The notes under the pieces were generated by a model. That model searched no databases. It was not told where the DNA came from and saw only the letters and a program-made list of their open reading frames with translations. A stretch of 64,000 bases of DNA from Gammaproteobacteria bacterium (GTDB lineage Bacteria > Pseudomonadota > Gammaproteobacteria > GCA-001735895), in NCBI GenBank assembly GCA_050288105.1, contig JBNKDE010000015.1, positions 27,496-91,495 on the forward strand. Reading direction: 5' to 3'. A program made the position numbers and the translations under genes. Positions 46,417 through 58,800 of this stretch are shown in pieces; positions within the stretch are counted from its first letter, which is position 1, and the number at the start of each line of letters is the position of its first letter.

Positions 46417-49400
46417 TTGTTGGATCTACAGCAAGAACATAATTTCCATATGTCTTCAGGAAAATTTAGCCTGAATTTCGGACAGATGCTGATTGTTCTA
46501 CTCGCAGTGTTTTTTATTGGCCTGTCCACTTATGGCATCACAAAGTCTATTGAAAAAAACTATCGAACTGCACTCACGATTGAATTACAGACTGTATTAA
46601 AGGGTGTTATTCAGTCTATCCATATATGGGGCCAGGGGCAACGACTATGGCTGGAAACACTCGCCAATCATGGGCATGTGGCAGAATCAGCCCGTGAGTT
46701 GCTTACATTACCTCGTGAACAAAAGGAATTATTGGCGTCGCCAGCGCAGGAAGAACTCCGCAAAGAACTGGGGTCCTTTGTGGAGCCAGGAATTTACGAA
46801 GGCTATTTCATCATTGCTGAGGATGGTATCAGTCTCGCCTCATCGCGAGATGTCAATATTGGTACGCCGAATCTACTGAATCGATATCCAGAACTACTAG
46901 CTTCGGTCTGGGAAGGTCAGACACGTCTGGCCCCGATTCAGAGCTCGGATGTGCCTTTGCAGCAACTGCGTAGTGCGCCGGATGTGGGCAACGAGACCAT
47001 GCTGATGGCAACTCCGCTCAAAGATAAAGCCGGGAAGATTATTGCGATACTGGCGGTACGTATCAATCCTTATAACACGCTGTTCCCGATTATGGAGAAT
47101 GCTCGACTCGGCGAAACAGGAGATAGTTATGTGTTCGATCGGCAGGGAACCTTACTCAGCCTGAGCCGACACAATGAAGAACTGATCCGAATAGGTTTGT
47201 TAAAGCCCTGGCAAACTAGCGCTGCCAATATACGCCTGCTCGATCCGGGTATCGATTTAACAGAAACCAGGCAAGAGAAGTTGTTACCGGATGAGTGGCC
47301 GTTAACGCGCATGGCCGCCAGCGCCACCCAGGGGGAAAGTGGCATAGACCTGGATGGCTATCGGGATTTTCGGGGCGCACCGGTGGTCGGGGCCTGGAGT
47401 TGGGATAAGGAGCTGGATTTCGGTTTTGCCGTAGAACAACAGGTATCTGAATCTTATGGCCTTTTTTATTTTGTACGCCTGGCGACAGTGATAGGGGCGA
47501 CAATGTCTTCCATTATCCTGATAGTTCTGATTATGGTTTTTGCTTATGGCAGGCGCAAGATCGACAGTGTACAGAATCGATTGCAGTCCATCGTAGAGAC
47601 AGCTAATGACGGCATCGTGGTGATAGACCAGATGGGTAATATGGGTAGTGTTAATCCTGCGATGCAAAGGATATTTGGTTACCAGGCCGAGTTGTTAATC
47701 GGTAACAATATCAATATGTTGATGCCAAAACCGCTTCATAGACATCACAGTCATCTGCTACAGGCGCTTGAATCGAATGATGATAAGGTGTTTGGAAAAA
47801 CTATCGAGATTGCTGGATTAAGAGCTAGTGGTGAAACCTTCCCGCTTGAACTGACGATTAATCGAATTCTATTGGACAGCAGACTGTACTATTCTGGCGT
47901 ACTCAGGGATATCAGCGAACGCAAGCTGGCGGCAAAGGAGCTTGAACAGGAACGAGATTTTACACGCGAAGTGCTGGATTCGCTGCAGGCGCATATCGCG
48001 GTGCTGGATCACAACGGGGAGATAGTACTTACCAACCAGGCCTGGCGCTCATATTCTGAGCGTAATCACCCTGAGGCCCACCTGGATGATGATTCCTTTG
48101 ACCCCCAGATTAACCAGCAATTACCGCTGCTGTGTTCAGATGAATCCATCGAAGCGATCCAGGGTCTGCTAGAGATGTTACATGGCGGAATCAACAGTTA
48201 TGAATTGAAATATCCCTGCGAAACCTCCACAGAACGGCACTGGTTTGATATGCATGCCTATCGCTTCCAGCATCGAGGCAAATCGGCAATTGTGGTTTCT
48301 CATACCGATATAACGCGTCAGATGCAATATGAACTGGAATTGAAGTCGGTCAACGAGCAGTTGCGCATCTCTTCATTGGTGGCAGAAAATACCGATAACG
48401 CAGCCATTATCACGGATGTGGATGGAATCATCCAATGGGTTAATCGAGGTTTTACCCACATCACAGGTTACGAGTTTGATGAGGTCCTGGGGCGTAAACC
48501 AGGAGACGTGCTACAGGGGCCGGAAACAGATATGGAAATGGTAAATCGTATCAGTGAAGCGCTACTTGCTGGAAATAGGATTGAAGGAGAAATTCTGAAT
48601 TACCGTAAGAACAGGTCAAAATTCTGGCTGCATTTTGAAATCACCCCGGTTTATGATGATCAGCAAAATCTGGTGCAGTTTGTGGCGCTGGAACAGGATA
48701 TCTCAGAAGAGAAGCGTTTGATTGCCGATATCAAGCGTGAAAAGGAAGCCGCAGAGCAGGCCAATATGGTGCTCAGTATGACACAGCAGGCGTTGGATAG
48801 AACTGGAATAGGGGAGTTCTGGATCGCTGCTACTGATGGACGTGTACTGAGCGCCAATGACCATGCCTGTCGTTATCTGGGATACAACAAGGATGAGATA
48901 TTACATTTACGGGTTCCTGATTTTGATCCGAATTTTTCCGATACTGAATTCCAGAAACTGACAGCCCCTATTCTTGAAAAAGGCTGGGGGCGCATAGAGA
49001 CAACCCACCTTACCCGGGAAGGAAAGCATATACCTGTTGAGATCACCATTGTCTATTTGCTAGACCCACCTTTTGGTGAGCCTATGTCAATATGCTTTTC
49101 AGTTGATATCAGTGAACGCAAAAAGGCAGAGCGGGCAATTATTCAGGCCAGGGAGGCGGCAATAGAGGCGAATCGGGCCAAGTCAACCTTCCTCGCTACC
49201 ATGAGTCATGAGATTCGTACACCGCTGTATGGTGTGGTAGGTACCGTTGATATGCTGGCGCATACCAGACTGGATAGCGCGCAAAAAGATTTGGTGAATA
49301 CTGCAAGGGATTCTTCGGTGCTGCTGCAGGGCATTATTGATGACATACTCGACTTTTCAAAAATTGAGGCCGGTCGTCTGGAACTCGAGCAAATACCGGT

Positions 49401-51129
49401 ATCCATAGAGAAACTGGTCGAAACGCTGGGTGAAAATCTGCAGCATCTGGCGGCCAAAAATGATGTTGAATTACTGGTCTACAGCGATCCGAATATACCC
49501 AAAGTGAAGGGTGATCCGATTCGCCTGCGCCAGATCCTCTACAACCTGGCAGGAAACGCTATTAAGTTCAGTAGTGATCTTACGCAAAGAAAAGGTCGGG
49601 TGATCATTAGCGTGACACTACAGGAGAAAAAGCAGGGTAAGGTCGATATATGCCTGCAGGTGAAGGACAATGGTATCGGTATGAATAGCGAGGTACAGCA
49701 ACGGCTGTTCCAGGCATTTGTTCAAGGTGAGGAAGAAACCACACGTCGTTTTGGAGGTACCGGGCTGGGGTTGGTCATCACCGAACGCCTGGTGTCCATG
49801 ATGGAGGGGGATATCAATGTGGAAAGCGTGCAGGGTGAGGGCTCCACCTTTACGGTTTATATCACGCTAGATCAGATTTCTGACGCTGCGGAAAATGCGG
49901 GGTCGGATTTGCATGGGCTCAAGGTTGTACTGGCGCATGGGCACGAAGAAATCGCCAGTATGCTGACCAGCTACCTGCAACATGCTGGTGCCAGTGTTAT
50001 ATCGGCAGCGCATGATAGGGTGATTGAAGCCTGTCGAAGCGCCTGTCAAGGAAGCCAGGACCCGATTATAGTGATTGATACCCTGGGAGAACAAGGTTTG
50101 GACAGAGTCATTCGCGATGAAATGCTGAGGGAATTCAAGGATATTGATCTGAGATTTGTTGTGGTGGAACGGGGAGCACGCCGTTTTGCACGTTCCCATG
50201 ATGGGAACAGCCTGGTTGTGGATTTGAATGCGATGCGCCGGGTCACGTTCCTGAATGCTGTGGCTGCTGCGGCAGGCCGTGAATCGCCGATACAGGAAAT
50301 CGAAGCCTTACCCGAAATGGTTACCGACAAGATTCTGACGATCGAACAGGCACGTGAACAGGGGCGCCTGATACTGTTAGCCGATGATAATAAAACCAAC
50401 AGAAAACTGATTGGTCAGCAGTTGCAGATGATTGGATATTGCGCCGATATGGCGGAGGATGGTAGTGAAGCGCTGGAAATGTGGAGGCAGGGAAGTTATG
50501 ACATGTTGATGACTGATTGTCATATGCCGGTGATGGATGGCTATCAGCTGACAGAAACTATACGCCATGAAGAAGGCGAAGGCGTACACATACCTATCGT
50601 CGCGATTACTGCCGATGCCCTGAAAGGTACAGCGCAAAAATGTAGAACAGCAGGTATGGACGACTACGTGACCAAACCCATACAGCTGCATCAGTTGCAG
50701 GAATTAATGGAAAAATGGTTACACCTGGCTAAACAGAAACAGGAGAAAACGCAGCGGCAACCCTTAAACGTGACAAAACAGGCCGTTAAAGACGTGGTGG
50801 ATCCGCTGGTATTGGGCGGATTACTGGGTGCTCAGGAAAAAACCATGCTGGCCGAATATTTTATTGACTTTATTGAGACCAGTGAACCGACTGTGGGTGA
50901 GATTCGCCTGGCGGTAGATCAGAATGATCTGCCAGAACTGGCTAGACTGGCGCATAAATTGAAGTCATCAGCACGTGCGGTGGGTGCCAATACCCTGGCG
51001 GATCTGTGCCTGGTACTGGAAAAAGCGGGCAAAGAAGAAGATACTGGTATAGTTATTGAGCAGATAGATGTGTTTTTCCAGGCCTTTGAGCAGGTGAAAG
51101 CATGGATTTTTCAATATACACAAACCTGA
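46417..51129 (+). CDS. Hybrid sensor histidine kinase: Cache-like periplasmic region, 4 PAS, HisKA, HATPase, REC, Hpt
   Basis: [59 protein letters not shown]. Confidence 0.92.
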   Translation: MLDLQQEHNFHMSSGKFSLNFGQMLIVLLAVFFIGLSTYGITKSIEKNYRTALTIELQTVLKGVIQSIHIWGQGQRLWLETLANHGHVAESARELLTLPREQKELLASPAQEELRKELGSFVEPGIYEGYFIIAEDGISLASSRDVNIGTPNLLNRYPELLASVWEGQTRLAPIQSSDVPLQQLRSAPDVGNETMLMATPLKDKAGKIIAILAVRINPYNTLFPIMENARLGETGDSYVFDRQGTLLSLSRHNEELIRIGLLKPWQTSAANIRLLDPGIDLTETRQEKLLPDEWPLTRMAASATQGESGIDLDGYRDFRGAPVVGAWSWDKELDFGFAVEQQVSESYGLFYFVRLATVIGATMSSIILIVLIMVFAYGRRKIDSVQNRLQSIVETANDGIVVIDQMGNMGSVNPAMQRIFGYQAELLIGNNINMLMPKPLHRHHSHLLQALESNDDKVFGKTIEIAGLRASGETFPLELTINRILLDSRLYYSGVLRDISERKLAAKELEQERDFTREVLDSLQAHIAVLDHNGEIVLTNQAWRSYSERNHPEAHLDDDSFDPQINQQLPLLCSDESIEAIQGLLEMLHGGINSYELKYPCETSTERHWFDMHAYRFQHRGKSAIVVSHTDITRQMQYELELKSVNEQLRISSLVAENTDNAAIITDVDGIIQWVNRGFTHITGYEFDEVLGRKPGDVLQGPETDMEMVNRISEALLAGNRIEGEILNYRKNRSKFWLHFEITPVYDDQQNLVQFVALEQDISEEKRLIADIKREKEAAEQANMVLSMTQQALDRTGIGEFWIAATDGRVLSANDHACRYLGYNKDEILHLRVPDFDPNFSDTEFQKLTAPILEKGWGRIETTHLTREGKHIPVEITIVYLLDPPFGEPMSICFSVDISERKKAERAIIQAREAAIEANRAKSTFLATMSHEIRTPLYGVVGTVDMLAHTRLDSAQKDLVNTARDSSVLLQGIIDDILDFSKIEAGRLELEQIPVSIEKLVETLGENLQHLAAKNDVELLVYSDPNIPKVKGDPIRLRQILYNLAGNAIKFSSDLTQRKGRVIISVTLQEKKQGKVDICLQVKDNGIGMNSEVQQRLFQAFVQGEEETTRRFGGTGLGLVITERLVSMMEGDINVESVQGEGSTFTVYITLDQISDAAENAGSDLHGLKVVLAHGHEEIASMLTSYLQHAGASVISAAHDRVIEACRSACQGSQDPIIVIDTLGEQGLDRVIRDEMLREFKDIDLRFVVVERGARRFARSHDGNSLVVDLNAMRRVTFLNAVAAAAGRESPIQEIEALPEMVTDKILTIEQAREQGRLILLADDNKTNRKLIGQQLQMIGYCADMAEDGSEALEMWRQGSYDMLMTDCHMPVMDGYQLTETIRHEEGEGVHIPIVAITADALKGTAQKCRTAGMDDYVTKPIQLHQLQELMEKWLHLAKQKQEKTQRQPLNVTKQAVKDVVDPLVLGGLLGAQEKTMLAEYFIDFIETSEPTVGEIRLAVDQNDLPELARLAHKLKSSARAVGANTLADLCLVLEKAGKEEDTGIVIEQIDVFFQAFEQVKAWIFQYTQT

Positions 51130-51144
51130 AAATTCGGGAAGTGG

Positions 51145-52368
51145 TTGGCGATGACTCCTGAACAGTTCCCCGATGCGGTTCTTATTGTCGATGATGAGCC
51201 ATTTGTGCTGCGCATTACCGAGCAGGTGTTTCGCCGCGTTGGTTTTACCCACGTACTGACAGCTGAGAGCGTCGCTGCAGCGATTGAAGCCATGACTGAC
51301 GCAAACCCTGCAGTTCGTCTGGTACTCACCGACCTTAATATGCCGGATACCGATGGTCTTGCACTGTTACGTCGGTTGCACGATATGCAATACAACGGCT
51401 ATATCCTGTTGTTCAGTGGCGAAGACGAGCAAACCCTGAAGATGGCAGAATCGCTCGCACGAGCACGAAATCTGAAGGTGCTTGGGTCGATTTCGAAGCC
51501 CATTCACCCCGATAAACTAGTAGACCTGTTATCTGAATATGCTGAGCTGACGCATACTGGCAGCAAATCACAAGCCAGAGTGGATATATCTCCGCTGATG
51601 CTGGAACAGGCGATTGACAACAAGCAGATTAAGCCCTGGTTTCAGCCCAAGATCAGTATCCAGGATCGACTGCCGGTTGGTGTAGAAGCACTGGCACGCT
51701 GGCCAAGCAGCAACCAGGGCCCCATTTTTCCAGGGGATTTTATTCCTCTGGCCGAACAGCTTGGATTAATCGACCGCCTGACCTTTTCGATTATTGAACA
51801 GGCTATGGCGATGGAAAGCCAGTGGCTTGCACAGGGCAAGGCGTTGAAGGTGGCTGTCAATCTGGCCATGCACAGTCTGTACGACGAGAGGTTTCCCGAT
51901 CGGCTGGAAAAAACCGTTAAAAATGCAAACGGAAATATCGAATCGTTACAACTGGAGGTGACCGAAAGCCAGTTGATGGAAGATCTGGTCAGACCGCTGG
52001 AAACCCTGTTACGCCTGCGCATGAAAAAGATCAAGCTCTCTATCGACGATTTTGGTACCGGTCATTCCAATCTCAATCAGTTACGCGATCTACCGTTTGA
52101 TGAACTCAAACTGGACCGCAGCTATATACATTCCAATCAGAATGCCGGACGTACCGCAGTCATTCTGGAGTCTAGCGTAGAGATGGCTCGAAAACTGAAT
52201 ATGAGTACCGTCGCGGAGGGCGTGGAAACCCTGGATGAATGGACGCTGGTAGAAAATCTTGGTTGCGATATGGTGCAGGGATATTTCTGTGCCAGGCCGA
52301 TGCCGGGTGACGAAATTCCTGCCTGGGTTGACCGCTGGCCAGAAATCCGTGCCTCGCTATTTACCTGA
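51145..52368 (+). CDS. REC-EAL response regulator, c-di-GMP phosphodiesterase
   Basis: VDDE...DLNMP..DG; FQPK, EALARW, EVTES, IDDFGTG, ELKLD, AEGVE, QGY. Confidence 0.92.
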   Translation: MAMTPEQFPDAVLIVDDEPFVLRITEQVFRRVGFTHVLTAESVAAAIEAMTDANPAVRLVLTDLNMPDTDGLALLRRLHDMQYNGYILLFSGEDEQTLKMAESLARARNLKVLGSISKPIHPDKLVDLLSEYAELTHTGSKSQARVDISPLMLEQAIDNKQIKPWFQPKISIQDRLPVGVEALARWPSSNQGPIFPGDFIPLAEQLGLIDRLTFSIIEQAMAMESQWLAQGKALKVAVNLAMHSLYDERFPDRLEKTVKNANGNIESLQLEVTESQLMEDLVRPLETLLRLRMKKIKLSIDDFGTGHSNLNQLRDLPFDELKLDRSYIHSNQNAGRTAVILESSVEMARKLNMSTVAEGVETLDEWTLVENLGCDMVQGYFCARPMPGDEIPAWVDRWPEIRASLFT

Positions 52369-52378
52369 TCGAGGGGGG

Positions 52379-53101
52379 TTATTCTAGCGAATTCAGGCTG
52401 GCCAGAATCCTGTTGCTGGCGATTATCTTTTCCAGATCCAGGATGCGGTTGATCATACTTTCGTTCAGGACACTGCCTGCTGCCAGCATCAGCATGCCGC
52501 TATTTGTCGTGAGGTCTTCCAGTAGTTTCATACCCGGTTGCAAGGCCCTCAATTGAATCGACTTGCCCGCATTTATTTCCTGTTCACTGATTGATCTGGT
52601 CGTCGCAAGTGGAGCTTTTTGAGTGCGTTCAGCCAGAGTCTCAAGCTCTGTTTTTACCTGTAAATAGTTAAATTCGGGCTGTAGATTTGCCTTTTCACTC
52701 AACGCAAGACGCATTTTTTCCTGCACCAGTTCCGGTGTGAAGGGTTTGACCAGAAAGCCGTTGATATCAAGCGATAGACAGGAAGCGAGTACCTCTGGAT
52801 TGGAGAATGAGGTTTCGACCAGAATGCGTAACCCCCTGCGTTTTTCGATATTACCCAGGCGGATCTGTTTGATTAACTCGATGCCATTCATTTCGGGCAT
52901 CTGGATATCAGTAACTAGCAGGTCGACTTCATACGCATTCAAAATTGATATTGCCTGTAGGCCGTTTTCTGCTTCCAGCACCTCAGCAACCCCCAGGTTG
53001 AGCAGGATTTTTGCGGTGATTTTGCGCACAAAAGCAGCGTCATCCACTAATAATAGTTTTAGCTGGCTAAACTCAGCGTTGGTGGGCTCGGTATGCGGCA
53101 T
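52379..53101 (-). CDS. Response regulator receiver protein with small C-terminal domain
   Basis: LLVDD, TDIQMPEMNG, FLVKP; C-terminal LQPGMKL..DL....G..ML.AG..L. Confidence 0.85.
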   Translation of the reverse strand: MPHTEPTNAEFSQLKLLLVDDAAFVRKITAKILLNLGVAEVLEAENGLQAISILNAYEVDLLVTDIQMPEMNGIELIKQIRLGNIEKRRGLRILVETSFSNPEVLASCLSLDINGFLVKPFTPELVQEKMRLALSEKANLQPEFNYLQVKTELETLAERTQKAPLATTRSISEQEINAGKSIQLRALQPGMKLLEDLTTNSGMLMLAAGSVLNESMINRILDLEKIIASNRILASLNSLE

Positions 53102-53187
53102 AGTATTGATTATAACGAAAACAATGGAAAATCCGATGGAAAAGTTTTAGGCAAATCCTGGAGCAGTTTTGACCTGTGGGTAGGGAT

Positions 53188-53913
53188 TTAGACAATGTTT
53201 TGTTGTGCTAAACGTATCAGGTTTTTGCGCACCGAATGATAGATAAATTCGGCGGCTTGTATTCTCGGTTGCGGTACATCGATAGACTCATAATTATTGT
53301 GGTTATGCTGAATGCTACCTTTTTGAATCTGTGCGGATGAATCTCCAGCGCCAGCCTGTCCGGTACGGCTGAATATTTCGTAGTGCTCACTAAGCGGGGT
53401 TTCGAGCTGTAACCAGTTTCCCAGTTTCGTTAACAGTTGCTGTGACTGATGGCGAATGATGTCGGCGTCGAAATAGAAAAAGGGGGGCGAGTCATCGCGG
53501 CAAAACTGATCCAGCCATTGTAGACGCTGTATATAATACTGCGCAGCCTGATCTACTTCGGCATAGGGATGAGGCTCGGTCTTATTACGAAACAGGCTGA
53601 CGATACTTTTGATTGTTTGCAGGGGCGGGCGTAGTGTCACAATAATGCGCGGCAAGTTGTCGCCAAACAGGCAGGTATCGAGTGTGTAATTGTTATGCAG
53701 CAGTTTATCGAACAGGTAGTGGCTGTTTGGTTTAATCTGCTCTGATTCCAGGTATTGGGCAAGCTGCTGGTCGAGACTGGCTGGTTGGTCATAACTTAAA
53801 TGCATTTCAAAATAGCCGTTAATCTGTGCATGTGAACCCAGGATATGGCCGATCAGGCTGCTATAAGCCCGCATGTGGCTGAGCAGAAAGATTCTGGAAA
53901 ACGAGTTGCTCAA
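53188..53913 (-). CDS. Sulfotransferase-like hypothetical protein
   Basis: IFLLSHMRAYSSL..HILGSH..I.GY.E resembles a 5'-PSB PAPS-binding loop; R.P...I.S resembles a 3'-PB motif. Confidence 0.55.
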   Translation of the reverse strand: MSNSFSRIFLLSHMRAYSSLIGHILGSHAQINGYFEMHLSYDQPASLDQQLAQYLESEQIKPNSHYLFDKLLHNNYTLDTCLFGDNLPRIIVTLRPPLQTIKSIVSLFRNKTEPHPYAEVDQAAQYYIQRLQWLDQFCRDDSPPFFYFDADIIRHQSQQLLTKLGNWLQLETPLSEHYEIFSRTGQAGAGDSSAQIQKGSIQHNHNNYESIDVPQPRIQAAEFIYHSVRKNLIRLAQQNIV

Positions 53914-53944
53914 CGTAGCAGACTAAAAACGTTGTCGCGGACAA

Positions 53945-54220
53945 TTACAGTGGCGTGAATTCAGGAATATGCCCAACCTTGACAACCAGATTGAAATGCT
54001 TCTTATGCTCGAAAAGCCCGCCCACATCGATGCCTTCCGGATGCTCTATAATCTGTACGATACTGGTATAGGAAAAATGATGCAGGTAACCTTTATTTTC
54101 ATCTACCACTGAAAAGTAAGTATCAGTGACCATTTTTAAGGTGGCAGAGTCGATGCGAAGCGGGCGCTCGATATTAATGCCGATTTCCTGTTCCAGGTAA
54201 TTATCCAGGATTCTTTTCAT
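53945..54220 (-). CDS. Small hypothetical protein (91 aa)
   Basis: Clean ORF with AGGTGGAG RBS downstream of metG. Confidence 0.6.
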   Translation of the reverse strand: MKRILDNYLEQEIGINIERPLRIDSATLKMVTDTYFSVVDENKGYLHHFSYTSIVQIIEHPEGIDVGGLFEHKKHFNLVVKVGHIPEFTPL

Positions 54221-54279
54221 GTCTCCACCTTAACGAATGTTACAGTTACCTTAGAGTATAGATCATACGACCTGTTTTG

Positions 54280-56340
54280 TTATTTAACCCGCATGCCTGG
54301 TGTGGCGCCTTCATCAGGGTTTAACACAAATATCTCCTTGCCACCAGGTCCTGCTGCCAGCACCATGCCTTCTGAAACGCCAAATCGCATCTTACGTGGT
54401 GCCAGGTTGGCTACCATTACCGTAAGCTTGCCTTCCAGATCTTCCGGTTTGTAGGCCGACTTTATTCCTGCAAATACGTTGCGCTGTTCAATGCCTATAT
54501 CCAGCGTCAATTGTATCAGTTTGTCTGCCTTTTCAACGTGCTCAGCCTTAACAATGCGCGCGACGCGTAAGTCCAGTTTTGCGAAGTCATCAAAACTGAT
54601 TTCAGCAGCAATCGGATCGATAGTGCTGATATCAGCCTGCTGGTGACCGACTTTGGGTTCTTCTTTAAGCGCTTCTTTACTGGCTTCAATCATGGCGTCT
54701 ATGCTGTCTTTTTCTACACGTGTCATCAGGGGCTTGAACTTATTAATACTGTGGTCGGTTAAGTCGTTGGGCAAGTCTTTCCATTGCAGGCTGTCAACAT
54801 TTAGGAAAGCCTCGGCCTGTGTAGCGAGCAGAGGCAGTACCGGCTTTAACATAATGATCAGTTGACGGAAACAGTTAATTCCGATGCTACAGGTATCCTG
54901 TACATTTTGTTGCAGGCTCTCTTCCTTGATACGTACCCAGGGTTCCTGCTCATCGATGAACTGGTTGGCCAGATCCGCCAGCGCCATGATCTCGCGCATA
55001 GCCTTGCCAAATTCACGGTTTTCGTAAGCATTCGCAATGGATTGAGAAGCATCGGCGAATTTTACGCTTAAGCTGTTATCGCTGACTGACGCGCTTAATT
55101 TGCCATCAAACTTCTTCACGATAAATCCAGCACAACGACTGGCTATGTTGACTACTTTACCGACCAGATCGCTATTTACGCGAGCGCTGAAATCCTCCAG
55201 GTTGAGGTCAATATCATCGACTCCTGGACCCAGTTTAGCGGCGAAATAGTAGCGCAGGTATTCAGGGTTCAGGTGTTGCAGAAAGGTGCGCGCCTTGATA
55301 AAGGTGCCACGTGATTTGGACATCTTCTGTCCGTCTACAGTCAGGAAACCATGACAGTAAACGGCTGTTGGCTTGCGAAAGCCTGCGCCGTGCAGCATGG
55401 CAGGGAAAAACAGGGTGTGAAAGCGAGCGATATCCTTACCGATAAAATGATACAACTCGGCGCTGCTGTCGGCTTTAAAGTATTCATCAAAGTCGTGACC
55501 CGTTTTGTCACACCAGTTTTTAAAGCTGGCCAGGTATCCGATAGGTGCATCCATCCAGACATAAAAATACTTGCCAGGGGCGTCGGGAATCTCGAACCCC
55601 CAGTAGGGTGCGTTACGCGAGATATCCCAGTCACGCAGACCTTCTTCCAGCCATTCATCCATCTTGTTGGCGATTTCTTTCTGGATATGTCCGGCGCGGG
55701 TCCAGGTCTTGAGCATGTCGGAGTAATCGCCCAGCTTAAAGAAATACTGCTCTGAATCTTTCTCAATCGGGGTTTCGCCGGTGACCACCGAACGCGGGTT
55801 CTTTAATTCCGTTGGATCGTAGGTGGCGCCGCATTTTTCGCAATTATCGCCATACTGGTCAGCTGCGCCGCAATTAGGGCATTCACCCTTGATAAAACGA
55901 TCGGGCAGGAACATCTCCGCCTTGGGATCGTAGGATTGCGAGATGGTGCGTGTCGCAATATGCCCTGCCGCCTTAACCTGCTGGTAGATATAGGTCGCGA
56001 AGTATTTGTTCTCTTCTGAATGAGTGCTGTGATAATTGTCAAAGCCGACATGGAAGTCAGCGAAGTCTGCTTCATGCTCGACCTTCATGCGATCAATCAG
56101 TTGCTGAGGGGTAATACCTTCAGCCTGTGCGCGCAACATGATCGGAGTGCCATGAGCATCGTCTGCGCAGACATAAATACATTCGTTACCTTGTAATTTC
56201 TGGAAACGAACCCATATGTCGGTCTGAATGTATTCCACCATGTGGCCGATATGGATTGGGCCGTTAGCATAGGGCAACGCACTGGTTACGACCATCTTAC
56301 GTGCTGGACTTGTTGAGACTTGGGGGTTGGTGGAACTCAT
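54280..56340 (-). CDS. metG: Methionine--tRNA ligase
   Basis: ALPYANG..HIGH, zinc knuckle CPNC/CEKC, KMSKS, C-terminal tRNA-binding domain. Confidence 0.98.
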   Translation of the reverse strand: MSSTNPQVSTSPARKMVVTSALPYANGPIHIGHMVEYIQTDIWVRFQKLQGNECIYVCADDAHGTPIMLRAQAEGITPQQLIDRMKVEHEADFADFHVGFDNYHSTHSEENKYFATYIYQQVKAAGHIATRTISQSYDPKAEMFLPDRFIKGECPNCGAADQYGDNCEKCGATYDPTELKNPRSVVTGETPIEKDSEQYFFKLGDYSDMLKTWTRAGHIQKEIANKMDEWLEEGLRDWDISRNAPYWGFEIPDAPGKYFYVWMDAPIGYLASFKNWCDKTGHDFDEYFKADSSAELYHFIGKDIARFHTLFFPAMLHGAGFRKPTAVYCHGFLTVDGQKMSKSRGTFIKARTFLQHLNPEYLRYYFAAKLGPGVDDIDLNLEDFSARVNSDLVGKVVNIASRCAGFIVKKFDGKLSASVSDNSLSVKFADASQSIANAYENREFGKAMREIMALADLANQFIDEQEPWVRIKEESLQQNVQDTCSIGINCFRQLIIMLKPVLPLLATQAEAFLNVDSLQWKDLPNDLTDHSINKFKPLMTRVEKDSIDAMIEASKEALKEEPKVGHQQADISTIDPIAAEISFDDFAKLDLRVARIVKAEHVEKADKLIQLTLDIGIEQRNVFAGIKSAYKPEDLEGKLTVMVANLAPRKMRFGVSEGMVLAAGPGGKEIFVLNPDEGATPGMRVK

Positions 56341-56509
56341 GGGATAGATGCTTTTAACTAAAAGCCGACTATTTTATGTGCTGCTTTTGCAACTGTATAG
56401 CGGAATTAATAATACTTGACCAAAGACCTCGGAAATAAAGGTTAAATATTAGTTTCAGCTAATGTAGAATGCGGCGTTTACGAATCCGACCTGCATCAGG
56501 ATAACTTTT

Positions 56510-57598
56510 ATGGCAATTACGAAACAACAAATTGAAACTGCAGTTGGCGATATTATCGACGTCAACACTGAAAAGAGTCTGTCAGCGACCAAATCCGTCA
56601 AGGGCGTAGAGATTGATGGTGGTAAAGTCAGTATTACCATTTCCCTCGGTTATCCGGGCGTTGGCTATTTTGATACGTTAAAAAAGCTGGTGTCTGACAC
56701 GGTTTCAGCGCTGGATGGTGTCGATACGGTAGAGGTAAAGGTATCCAGCAAGATTGTCTCGCATGCAGTGCAGCAAAACCTCAAGCCTCAGGAAGGGATT
56801 AAGAATATTATCGCTGTTGCTTCCGGCAAAGGTGGTGTGGGTAAATCAACCACTGCGGTTAACCTGGCGCTGGCTCTGCAGGCAGAAGGTGCGACGGTTG
56901 CCATTCTGGATGCTGATATCTATGGACCGAGTATGCCACGCATGCTGGGTTGTACCGGGCAGCCTGAATCGATAGATGGCAAGAGCCTGGAACCTATGGT
57001 AGGTCATGGTATCCAGTCCATGTCTATCGGCTATCTGGTCGAGGAAGATACCCCAATGATCTGGCGTGGCCCCATGGTGACGCAGGCGCTTGAACAGTTA
57101 CTTAATGATACCAACTGGAAAGATGTCGATTATCTGGTTATCGATTTACCACCAGGTACAGGTGATATCCAGTTAACGCTGGCGCAAAAGATTCCAGTGA
57201 GCGGTGCAGTGATTGTGACCACTCCACAGGATATTGCATTGCTGGATGCCAGGAAGGGACTGAAGATGTTTGAAAAAGTCGAAGTTCCGGTACTTGGCGT
57301 AGTTGAGAATATGTCTATTCATATCTGTAGTGAGTGCGGACACGCTGAACATATCTTTGGCGAAGGTGGTGGCGCACGCATGGCGGAACAGCATGATGTC
57401 GATTTTCTGGGCTCATTACCACTGGATATCAAGATCCGTGAACAGGCAGATAGCGGTAACCCAACTGTTGCAGCGATGCCGGAAAGTAAGGTTAGCGAAA
57501 TCTATCGCGAAATTGCGCGTAAGACCGCTGCGCGTCTGGCAACCAAAGCGAAGGATCATTCAGCGGCGTTCCCCAGCATAGTAATCCAGAATAATTAA
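56510..57598 (+). CDS. apbC: Iron-sulfur cluster carrier protein ApbC/Mrp
   Basis: ASGKGGVGKST, DADIYGPS, WRGPM, DLPPGTGD, ENMS..ICSECG; divergent from metG. Confidence 0.96.
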   Translation: MAITKQQIETAVGDIIDVNTEKSLSATKSVKGVEIDGGKVSITISLGYPGVGYFDTLKKLVSDTVSALDGVDTVEVKVSSKIVSHAVQQNLKPQEGIKNIIAVASGKGGVGKSTTAVNLALALQAEGATVAILDADIYGPSMPRMLGCTGQPESIDGKSLEPMVGHGIQSMSIGYLVEEDTPMIWRGPMVTQALEQLLNDTNWKDVDYLVIDLPPGTGDIQLTLAQKIPVSGAVIVTTPQDIALLDARKGLKMFEKVEVPVLGVVENMSIHICSECGHAEHIFGEGGGARMAEQHDVDFLGSLPLDIKIREQADSGNPTVAAMPESKVSEIYREIARKTAARLATKAKDHSAAFPSIVIQNN

Positions 57599-57642
57599 TC
57601 TGCTCGACCCTGAGCGCTGAGTTCAGGTTCTGGGTAATTTTT

Positions 57643-57668
57643 AAAGCCTCTCATCGAGAGGCTTTTTT
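57643..57668 (+). terminator. Rho-independent terminator after apbC
   Basis: AAAGCCTCTC-atc-GAGAGGCTTTTTT. Confidence 0.85.
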
Positions 57669-57780
57669 GTGGGTTATAGCAATAGCAACTTTAGATAGTA
57701 CTAAGAATGTTTAGACCTGCTGCCCGATATTTTCCAGAATAGAAATAGACTTTAAATAAAATAACGATGGATGTGGACCT

Positions 57781-58374
57781 ATGACTGGAGCGAATATCGG
57801 AATATATATTTATGATCAGGCCGAGGTGCTGGACTTTTCTGGCCCATTCGAGGTGTTCTCTACAGCTTCCCGTATCACACAGGGAAGCACCCCGTTTAAC
57901 GTGTTTTTAATCAGTGAAGAGGCTAGTGAAGTAGTTGCCAGAGCCGGTTACCGCGTTATACCAGATTTTGCGCTTGACCAGCATCCGCCACTGGATGTGC
58001 TGATAGTTTCTGGTGGCGTGCATAGGTCGCAAATGCATAAACCTGAGGTCGTAGACTGGATAGCGCGACAGGCTGAATCAGTCAGTATCGTGGCTTCGGT
58101 ATGCACGGGTGCATTCCTGCTGGCAGCTGCCGAGGTTATTGTTGACCATGATGTGACGACGCATTGGGAAGATGTCGTAGATTTGCAGCAAAAATTTCCC
58201 CGTCTGAACGTGCTTAGAGAGGTGCGCTGGGTAGACGATGGGAAAATAGTTACCTCGGGTGGGATTTCAGCCGGCATTGATATGAGCCTGCATCTGGTGA
58301 GTAAGTTGCACAGTTTCGAGCTGGCAGAAGCGACTGCAAAGCAGATGGAGTTTAGCTGGACCCGAAATTACTAA
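57781..58374 (+). CDS. DJ-1/PfpI family protein (InhA-like)
   Basis: EVLDFSGPFEVF, SVCTGAFLLA, TTHW, TSGGISAGIDM. Confidence 0.92.
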   Translation: MTGANIGIYIYDQAEVLDFSGPFEVFSTASRITQGSTPFNVFLISEEASEVVARAGYRVIPDFALDQHPPLDVLIVSGGVHRSQMHKPEVVDWIARQAESVSIVASVCTGAFLLAAAEVIVDHDVTTHWEDVVDLQQKFPRLNVLREVRWVDDGKIVTSGGISAGIDMSLHLVSKLHSFELAEATAKQMEFSWTRNY

Positions 58375-58800
58375 GGCGCTGTTTGCTATAGCCCATCGCC
58401 AAAATTAAAGGGTTATCGATCATTTATCGGTAATTTAAAAGCGCCAGCATACACAGGTTTTTTCCGGTACGGGTCCTGCTTATTTATAAGTTGCGACTTG
58501 AAACGGGACAAGGTTACGCGTTATGGTAAGTAGCAAGTCGAGCTAATAAAAACTAAATGGCCAACTTCGAGCTTGCTCTTGAAAGCTAAAATTTAAGCTC
58601 ACAATTAGAAAACTTTGCAGTAGTTTAGGTTGTTGGTGGTAAATAAACCTAAAATACAGCCCAATTATAGTGCACAAACCTAAATATACTGTTTATTTAG
58701 TGATTTGCTCTACAAATGGGGTGTTAGGATGTTTTAATATAATAACAATCGCCATGCGGAATTTTTCGCTGGTGTCATTCACTTAACGCATTACTGAGGG

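Noticed and set aside
48430-48700. LOV photoreceptor domain in the hybrid kinase
   Set aside because: The GRNCRFLQ cysteine is absent (GRKPGDVLQ).
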